Shown here: one piece after another, positions 26,724 to 32,984 of the stretch
Position numbering within the stretch: position 1 is the first letter of the stretch
How the letters are laid out: the number at the start of each line of letters is the position of its first letter
Origin: an uncultured bacterium
GTDB taxonomy: Bacteria > JAJVIF01 > JAPKYR01
Direction: 5' to 3'
Assembly: GCA_965369865.1 (NCBI GenBank)
Contig: CBDURU010000027.1
Location: 1 to 32,984 of the forward strand
DNA: 32,984 bases
The notes under the pieces: model-generated
What the model was told of the DNA's origin: nothing
Databases searched by the model: none
Seen by the model: the letters and a program-made list of their open reading frames with translations, nothing else
Program-made: the position numbers and the translations under genes

Positions 26724-28112
26724 TTAAAATTGGTAATAAAGAAAAGGGCTTGTTTCGCTGAGGAGGAGTATAGACAATACAGTGAAAACGCCGATGGCGA
26801 TCGCCCATTTTCGCTGAAGGGTGACGCGCCTGACCCTCACGAGTTCAACAATATTCGGGGCAAGCATCGAGATCAAAGCAGCCAGTACTAAAAAGAATAA
26901 CAGCGCGGGATTGACATTGAAATTCTGGAACAATCCGGGAATATCGAACATCTTCGAGAGGATTGTCCATGACTCCCCGAAGTTCCGGGGCCGGAAAAAC
27001 ACCCAGCCGATCGTGACGAGAATGAAGGTCCCGATCTGCGCCCAGGCCTTGTTTTTCGGGATCCAGGGGAACTTTTTCAGGTGATGGTGAAGTTCAAGGA
27101 GGATCGCATGGTAAGCGCCCCAAACCACAAAAGTCCACTCCGCACCATGCCAAAGCCCACCCAGGAGCATTGTCACAGCTAATGAGACCGCGCGATTGTC
27201 CCGTCCGCCAAGCGGGATATACAAATAATCCCTCAACCACCGCGACAACGTCATGTGCCAACGACGCCAGAAGTCGGAAATTGAAATCGCCCTGTACGGG
27301 GAATTGAAGTTCTGGGGGAATTCAAATCCGAGGAGATACCCAAGGCCTATTGCCATCAGGCTGTACCCGGCGAAGTCGAAATACAACTGGAATGAAAACC
27401 CGAACATCGCAAGCCACGCTTCCAGGGGAGTAAGGTTCTGATAATCGAGGAACATGGGGTCGATGTAATAGGCGATGCGATCGGCGATCAGCACTTTCTT
27501 AATCAATCCGGTTGTGAAACAAAGGAAACCAAGATTAAGGTTGTCACCGGTGATTTTCTTCGGGAGATTCCTGAGGGTTACACAGATTTCGGAATACCTG
27601 ACGATCGGTCCGGCGATCAACTGGGGGAACAATGAGACGAATGCGGCGAATTCGATGAAATCGTCCGTTGGTTCAACCTTGCCACGGTAAACATCGATCG
27701 TGTAGCTCAATGCCTGGAAAGTAAAAAAGCTGATTCCGATCGGGAGGATGATATCCCAGACTTCGATAAACTCCCCGGCCCCGGCCAGTCCGTAGATGCC
27801 GTTGATCGAGTGCAGGATCAGCATGAAATATTTGAAATAGAAAAGGAGCCCGAGGCTTAAAACGAGCGCAATAACAAGCCAGAATCTTTTTCGGGGAAGA
27901 CTCTCCGCCCTGGAAATCAGCCTCGCGGAGAAAAAGTTAGCCACCGAACAGGCCAGCATCAGGGTGGTGAACGACCAGTCCCAGTATCCATAGAAAATAT
28001 AACTTGCGATTGTAATCCAGAGACGCCGGAGCACGTCATTTTTAATCAGCCAGAAACCGGCGATTGCCAGAGGGGCAAATACGAATATAAATATCGGTGT
28101 CGGGAATAACAT
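26724..28112 (-). CDS. MBOAT family O-acyltransferase (AlgI/PatA/DltB-like)
   Basis: LPIGISFFTFQALSY, FPQLIAGPI, QLYFDFAGYS, NFNSPY, FWRRWHMTLSRWLRDYLYIPLGG, catalytic LWHGA, C-terminal FLYYQF. Confidence 0.95.
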   Translation of the reverse strand: MLFPTPIFIFVFAPLAIAGFWLIKNDVLRRLWITIASYIFYGYWDWSFTTLMLACSVANFFSARLISRAESLPRKRFWLVIALVLSLGLLFYFKYFMLILHSINGIYGLAGAGEFIEVWDIILPIGISFFTFQALSYTIDVYRGKVEPTDDFIEFAAFVSLFPQLIAGPIVRYSEICVTLRNLPKKITGDNLNLGFLCFTTGLIKKVLIADRIAYYIDPMFLDYQNLTPLEAWLAMFGFSFQLYFDFAGYSLMAIGLGYLLGFEFPQNFNSPYRAISISDFWRRWHMTLSRWLRDYLYIPLGGRDNRAVSLAVTMLLGGLWHGAEWTFVVWGAYHAILLELHHHLKKFPWIPKNKAWAQIGTFILVTIGWVFFRPRNFGESWTILSKMFDIPGLFQNFNVNPALLFFLVLAALISMLAPNIVELVRVRRVTLQRKWAIAIGVFTVLSILLLSETSPFLYYQF

Positions 28113-28118
28113 ATTTTG

Positions 28119-29171
28119 TTAATTGTCTAATTCAGAATCTGGTTGAAGATCGGACAGAAGATCGTAAAGGAGAATATCTCCATTGTTACGATCCATGTGA
28201 TAGCCATCGAGGAAGTAATCAATATTGCCGCCAAAACTTCCAAGGTCGGAATAATCCCTGAAAATTTCAGTTGTTCCATTCATGGTGCCCGCGACATATT
28301 GCGATGCTTCCTGATAAATACGACCAGCCCCCAGTTCAAGGAGCCTCCGGTAGACTCTCGGATGTAAAGGCGTCATAATTGCATAAACCCTGATATTATT
28401 AGCCCTGCAGAGTTCCAGGATTTCCTCCCAGTAAAATTTACGCTCACCCGATAATCGATCGTATCGGGAAAGCACAAATTTTTTATCCGCATAGTTCTCA
28501 ACCGCCCTTGCGACTCGCTGATCACGCCCCTCGGGGTTCTCCCGCTCGAACTCGATAAATCCGTCTGAGCGATATCCGACGAGCGGGTTATTTTCACCGC
28601 CAGACATCAGGAGCCAGAGCGAGGCGATCGAACTCCTGGTTTGGGCGATCGAAAATAGCCTCCCGATTTTTTCCAGCATGACCATCCAACCAGGGCTATC
28701 ATTAAAATATTTCGTGTAACGTTCTATTACTTTGGCCTGCGGGTTTATGCTGGTTGTCGGGTGGAAAATTTCCGGCTCGACACCGACTATCAGAATTTCG
28801 ATCGGGGCGTTGAATTCCTCGATTGCTATTCGCACAATCGAGTAAATAATTTCCGACTTGGCGTCGGGCACTCCCCACACAAAACACCGTTTTCCCGTAA
28901 GCTCCCCGACAATCTCGGGATCGAGAATTTCCACCCTCGAACTCCCGACAATCAGTGCATTAGGTGGTGGATCGTACTGCTCGAAAAGCAACAACTTTTT
29001 TTCATATCCTGTCTGCGCGATTGGATTAAACAAGCCGGTACCGTACATGGCGTATGGGTCGATAAGGAAATTCAGCAATGAATTCGCAACAAGTACAAAC
29101 AAGAGGGTTACCAGGAAAAGTTTCCAGAACCGTGCAGCCAGAAATTCAGAATTTTTTACCGGCTTTGCCAT
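28119..29171 (-). CDS. SGNH/DltD-like extracytoplasmic acyltransferase, paralog 2
   Basis: N-terminal TM with NFLIDPY; block I IVGSSR; C-terminal DxxH (FLDGYH). Confidence 0.75.
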   Translation of the reverse strand: MAKPVKNSEFLAARFWKLFLVTLLFVLVANSLLNFLIDPYAMYGTGLFNPIAQTGYEKKLLLFEQYDPPPNALIVGSSRVEILDPEIVGELTGKRCFVWGVPDAKSEIIYSIVRIAIEEFNAPIEILIVGVEPEIFHPTTSINPQAKVIERYTKYFNDSPGWMVMLEKIGRLFSIAQTRSSIASLWLLMSGGENNPLVGYRSDGFIEFERENPEGRDQRVARAVENYADKKFVLSRYDRLSGERKFYWEEILELCRANNIRVYAIMTPLHPRVYRRLLELGAGRIYQEASQYVAGTMNGTTEIFRDYSDLGSFGGNIDYFLDGYHMDRNNGDILLYDLLSDLQPDSELDN

Positions 29172-29309
29172 ATTATGTTTTATCGATCCTGTTCCTTCAT
29201 GTTCAACGATTTCCGGAAAACAGGCCGGGTTGAGCCGAAGCTTTTAATGATTCCATGATCCATGAAATATACTGGAAATTATCCAGATGACATAATAAAG
29301 CCTTACCGG

Positions 29310-30362
29310 TTAATTTTCATCGTAATCAGCGAATAAGTCCCTAAGGAGGAGGTTGCCGTTGGAGGGATGGAAATGAACCGAATCGATGAATTCTTCCCGG
29401 CTTCCACCGAAACTCTCCACCCTGGTATAGTTACGGTAAGTGCCCCCCGCACTGCCGACAGCATCCTCAAGAAATTCAATTGTCTCCTGGAGAATCGGAC
29501 GCGCGCCAAGCGAGACAAACCGGTCGATGAGTTCGTGGTGCAGGGGTAGTGAGACCGCAAACACATCAATGTCGCGATCGTTACAGAATTCAAGGAGATC
29601 GAGAAAGTATTGCTTCCGTTCTTCGGACAGATGGGTAAATTCATCGATCCCGAATCTCTCGTACGGGTAGGTCCTGACATCGTACTCAAGCCTATCCTGG
29701 ACATTTTCATAAATATTGTCGGGAAGCAGCGGGAAACCGTCGGCACGGAATTCAAACAACATCTCAGGTTCACCACCGCTGATTTCCCGTCCGATTACAT
29801 TAATCGATTTAATTGCCTGCTCGACAGAAAATAATCTCCCGAGTTTTTCCGAAAGAACGAGCCATTCCGGGTTCGCATCGAAATACCGGGTGTAAGCCCT
29901 TGTAAGGCGTCCTTCCGGATGGACGATCTGAGTCGGGTGAAAAATTTCCGGCTCCACTCCCACAATTACGAGTTTAATGGGCGCGTTGTATTGTTCAACC
30001 GCCATTTTGAGAATAGCGTACTCAACCTCAGCCTTTGCGTTCGGAACTCCCCACATGAAACACCGCTTGCCGGTAAGCTCGGTAATAACCTCGGGATCGA
30101 GAAAGGTCACCCTCGAACTCCCGATTACAAGCGCTTCCGGCGGGGGATCGAGTTCGAGAAACATATCGAGCTTCAACTGGTAGCGGTTGATTTCCAATGG
30201 CGGCACCAGGCCGGTCCCATAAATGCTGAATGGGTCGACAACGAGATTCAATATCGCAACAACGAGAAGGAAAACAAACAAAGCGGCCAGCATGTATTTC
30301 CAGAAAACCGGACGTGATTTTACCGGCTTGCTTATTGACTGTATTGTTGGACCGGCAGGCAT
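29310..30362 (-). CDS. SGNH/DltD-like extracytoplasmic acyltransferase, paralog 1
   Basis: NLVVDPF, VIGSSR, FIDSVH; collinear with 28119..29171 (ELTGKRCF, GVEPEIFHPT). Confidence 0.75.
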   Translation of the reverse strand: MPAGPTIQSISKPVKSRPVFWKYMLAALFVFLLVVAILNLVVDPFSIYGTGLVPPLEINRYQLKLDMFLELDPPPEALVIGSSRVTFLDPEVITELTGKRCFMWGVPNAKAEVEYAILKMAVEQYNAPIKLVIVGVEPEIFHPTQIVHPEGRLTRAYTRYFDANPEWLVLSEKLGRLFSVEQAIKSINVIGREISGGEPEMLFEFRADGFPLLPDNIYENVQDRLEYDVRTYPYERFGIDEFTHLSEERKQYFLDLLEFCNDRDIDVFAVSLPLHHELIDRFVSLGARPILQETIEFLEDAVGSAGGTYRNYTRVESFGGSREEFIDSVHFHPSNGNLLLRDLFADYDEN

Positions 30363-30383
30363 TTTCAGGGTGTAACGCCAGAG

Positions 30384-31034
30384 TCAGCGGATCGATTCAA
30401 TTTTCGAAACGATATGATCGAGTTCTTCGATGAGAAGGCGTGTTGAATTTCCATCGACTGGATTCAGCACCGGGTTGAAATCCGAATACCAGGACCTGAA
30501 TTCCGCTCCCGAAATGTCCGGTCCATTACCCCCGGTCACCATCGTCCGGTCTCCGGTACCGGGGTCAATTACGATGAGAATTCCTTTGAGGCCTGTAGCC
30601 GAACCCATTTTCCATGTGTTGTAGAGGGTATATGAAACACCATCGAGCGAGTAACCCGAATCAGGTTCATCGTTGTATGAAATCCGATCATTTATGTTTT
30701 TGGGGACAACAAAAATCCCGAGATCGAAGCCCTTGGATTTTCCGATCGCGTCGATTCGGTCACGGATATTGCCCGCACCGGATTCATCGAAAATTCCGTC
30801 AGGATCGGTGAGGCTACCGGTGCGTACAGGCGGAGGGTGAAGAGGTAATTCCTCATCCGACATCTGGTAGCCGCAGTAGTAGCAGAAAATTTCCTTTTCG
30901 TCCCATACCTCGCCGCAAATCGGGCAGGGTGGGAGTTCTTCCGGCACACTGTCTTCGGGCGGTTTTTCCTCCAGGGCTTTGGATTGTGACCGCTGCAGCC
31001 AGTTAGTGACCATCATGACGAGCCATTCTCTCAT
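30384..31034 (-). CDS. Zinc-ribbon plus TPM-like domain protein
   Basis: CPICG...FCYYCG, then LTDPDGIF...LYNTWKMG...KGILIVI...TG (TPM pattern). Confidence 0.65.
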   Translation of the reverse strand: MREWLVMMVTNWLQRSQSKALEEKPPEDSVPEELPPCPICGEVWDEKEIFCYYCGYQMSDEELPLHPPPVRTGSLTDPDGIFDESGAGNIRDRIDAIGKSKGFDLGIFVVPKNINDRISYNDEPDSGYSLDGVSYTLYNTWKMGSATGLKGILIVIDPGTGDRTMVTGGNGPDISGAEFRSWYSDFNPVLNPVDGNSTRLLIEELDHIVSKIESIR

Positions 31035-31375
31035 CCTTCCGTCACCTCCCCTTGAGCGGGATCGGAACTCTCCTCTGGTGTTTCCTCAGCCAGGATTTTC
31101 AACGGGGATTTTGCACTGAGGACGATTCTGTTCGCGAATCCGCGTGTGCCCTCCCTGAAAGTCACCGTGAGGATCCGTTCATTCGGGACATCCATCAGGC
31201 CTGGATGGCCTTTTGGTGGGACAGGATAGCAGACCGACCATGTCTCATCGCATTTTGAACAACGGTAAGAATGTTCGCCGTAGCCGAATGTCAGGTGCGA
31301 TGACTCACCGGCCACGCGACCCTTGAGTAATTTCCCGACATCCCGGCAATACGGGCATTTATTTCCTTTAGCCAT
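31031..31375 (-). CDS. Small Zn-ribbon protein
   Basis: CPYC...CSKC; ATGA overlap with the downstream gene. Confidence 0.7.
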   Translation of the reverse strand: MAKGNKCPYCRDVGKLLKGRVAGESSHLTFGYGEHSYRCSKCDETWSVCYPVPPKGHPGLMDVPNERILTVTFREGTRGFANRIVLSAKSPLKILAEETPEESSDPAQGEVTEG

Positions 31376-31414
31376 AATATGTAAATGGTTTTAAATCCTC
31401 ATTCTGAGGAGCAT

Positions 31415-32098
31415 TTATCTGTCGGTAACAGTTATAAAATCCCTGATATCCTCGAAACGCCCTTCCGCTATTCCCTCCACAAGCATAATGTCCTCAATCC
31501 TCTCGAAAGCTGTGTGTGCCAGCCGGTATTCGATAATCCTGCGCGCAAATTCTTCGCCGATCCCCGGGAGAGTCTGCAGCTCATAAGTATTGGCGGTATT
31601 GATATTTACTTTTTGAGAACCCGGCTCATCAGGCTCATTTGCATTGAAATTGCCAGGTGAGATCGGTATACGATTGATTTGGACTCCCTGCGAGGATTCA
31701 CCCCCGGTGTTAGAAGAACCCGATCCATCGACACTGGGAATAATTACACGCTGTCCGTCCTCAAGCAGCTCAGCCAGGTTGATTCTCGAACGGTCAGCAT
31801 CGGATGCAAGCCCCCCGGCAGCTTCAACAGCATCGGAAACCCTTGCTCCTGCCGGAAGATAGATGAGTCCCGGCGATTCGACAGCACCCTCCACCTGCAC
31901 CAGGATTCCGCCGGTCCCGTACGGAATGTCCTCGCCAAGTTCGACCTTGATAAGATTATTCTGGTAATACAGCCATCCCGCGTAGAGAAGCGCGATTACG
32001 AAAAAAACGAGGAGTGCGACACGTTCGTTACGGGTGATTGCCGGGGAATCGGTGGGGGGCTGTGGTGCTTTATCCGAATTGTCTGGCGAACCGGTCAT
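31415..32098 (-). CDS. comEA: ComEA family DNA-binding protein (TM + SLBB + HhH)
   Basis: VQVEGAVESPG...ARVSDAVEAAGG...INLA...DGQ; VNINTA..ELQTLPGIG...IIEYR...V.GI. Confidence 0.93.
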   Translation of the reverse strand: MTGSPDNSDKAPQPPTDSPAITRNERVALLVFFVIALLYAGWLYYQNNLIKVELGEDIPYGTGGILVQVEGAVESPGLIYLPAGARVSDAVEAAGGLASDADRSRINLAELLEDGQRVIIPSVDGSGSSNTGGESSQGVQINRIPISPGNFNANEPDEPGSQKVNINTANTYELQTLPGIGEEFARRIIEYRLAHTAFERIEDIMLVEGIAEGRFEDIRDFITVTDR

Positions 32099-32243
32099 CG
32101 AGGATATATTATCCTCTTTTCATGCCTGTGAGCAAGCAGGATTTGAATTATTGAACAAATGGGAATCCAAATTTTCAGCCATTTCGACCGCACCTGCCGC
32201 CTGGTAAGGTTGATTATTAATTAATCGAAAATAACGTAGCGGG

Positions 32244-32699
32244 TCAGGCACCTGGAAAGGTGAGGTCCGACAGATCGAAATTATCCGGCATGCTTATATC
32301 TATCCTGTCGATTTTCCATCCTCCCCCTTCTTTAATAAGGACGTACTGCATGAAAGCAATGCCTTCAAACCATACATTAGCGGTATTTCCGGAAATACTC
32401 GATTCAAGCTGCTCGCTGAGTTCAGATGCAGAAGGTTTATCATCCACATTCGTTTGAAAATCCTGGGGCATCATCGCCATGGCGGCGTCAAGGGAGCTGA
32501 TGTAAAGATCATTGAAATTCCGGGTGCAATACCTTTTGGCCTTGTCAGAGTTTCCGTCGCCGATGGCCAGAAGAAATTCAGCCACAACACCCTCGGGCGA
32601 TTTCGAAGCGCATCCTGCAAGTGTCGGCATAAAAATAATCAGGATGAATAGAACGAGGATAATCTTCCCATTGCGGGGCAATATTGTTTTGCTGTACAT
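32244..32699 (-). CDS. Small lipoprotein (DUF4878/NTF2-like)
   Basis: SD GGGAGG; lipobox LAGC; SPEGVVAEFL...LIKEGGGWKID. Confidence 0.75.
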   Translation of the reverse strand: MYSKTILPRNGKIILVLFILIIFMPTLAGCASKSPEGVVAEFLLAIGDGNSDKAKRYCTRNFNDLYISSLDAAMAMMPQDFQTNVDDKPSASELSEQLESSISGNTANVWFEGIAFMQYVLIKEGGGWKIDRIDISMPDNFDLSDLTFPGA

Positions 32700-32882
32700 T
32701 GAATAGCCCTCCCTGAAGGGGTATTTGATGTAGAAAACTATAAGGGTAAATGTATGGGATTACAATTCGAATCGTTATATATATTTTTAAGGGGACCGGC
32801 AGCACAGTTACGGTTCAGGCGACAGTGAGGTTGAGAAGGATTTTCGGGAAATATAAATTGACAGGGCATATTTAGCATTGAT

Positions 32883-32922
32883 GGGGACACCTGCTTTTCG
32901 ACGGGCGAAAAGAGATGTCCCC
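32883..32922. repeat. GGGGACA-type palindromic repeat (family B)
   Basis: 39/40 identical to 26551-26590. ATGGGGACACCTG (32881-32893) is also the reverse complement of 15-27. Confidence 0.88.
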
Positions 32923-32984
32923 TAAATAAAGAGGTTGTCCCTTTTATAGTTGAAAATAGTGGGGTTCCAGGATCGCATTATCAC

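Overview
A 33-kb bacterial chromosomal segment of roughly 50% GC by eye, with AT-richer islands at about 10.7-13.7 kb and 18.7-20.5 kb. I cannot assign the taxon; many proteins look lineage-specific. In order it encodes: a RimK-type ATP-grasp ligase; a Cys-rich/acidic membrane protein ending in an ssrA-like LAA tail; a secreted RlpA/DPBB-like protein; a large lipoprotein; an ORFan; a cupin; a MacAB-type MFP/ATPase/permease operon; an MNT-HEPN toxin-antitoxin pair flanked by ~80-bp direct repeats; an m4C-type restriction-modification pair; a feoA-feoB-Cys-rich protein operon with a Fur-like operator; a YtrA(GntR)-ABC module with 2 intact and 1 broken paralogous membrane subunits; an SBBP beta-propeller protein; a second large lipoprotein with a PQQ-like propeller; an Eis-like GNAT; and a minus-strand run comEA / Zn-ribbon / Zn-ribbon-TPM / two SGNH-like paralogs / AlgI-DltB-type MBOAT, plus a small lipoprotein. 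I found no rRNA, tRNA, CRISPR array, integrase or transposase. The most unusual signal is non-coding. (i) A 4x17-bp tandem repeat at the feoB stop forms a chain of three 6-aa mini-ORFs, each stop/start-overlapped, that could relay translation to the next gene. (ii) An 8-unit ~15-bp array is built from the terminal codons and stop of another gene. (iii) Two accessory modules are each bracketed by their own diverged direct repeats. (iv) At least three distinct REP-like palindrome families are present.
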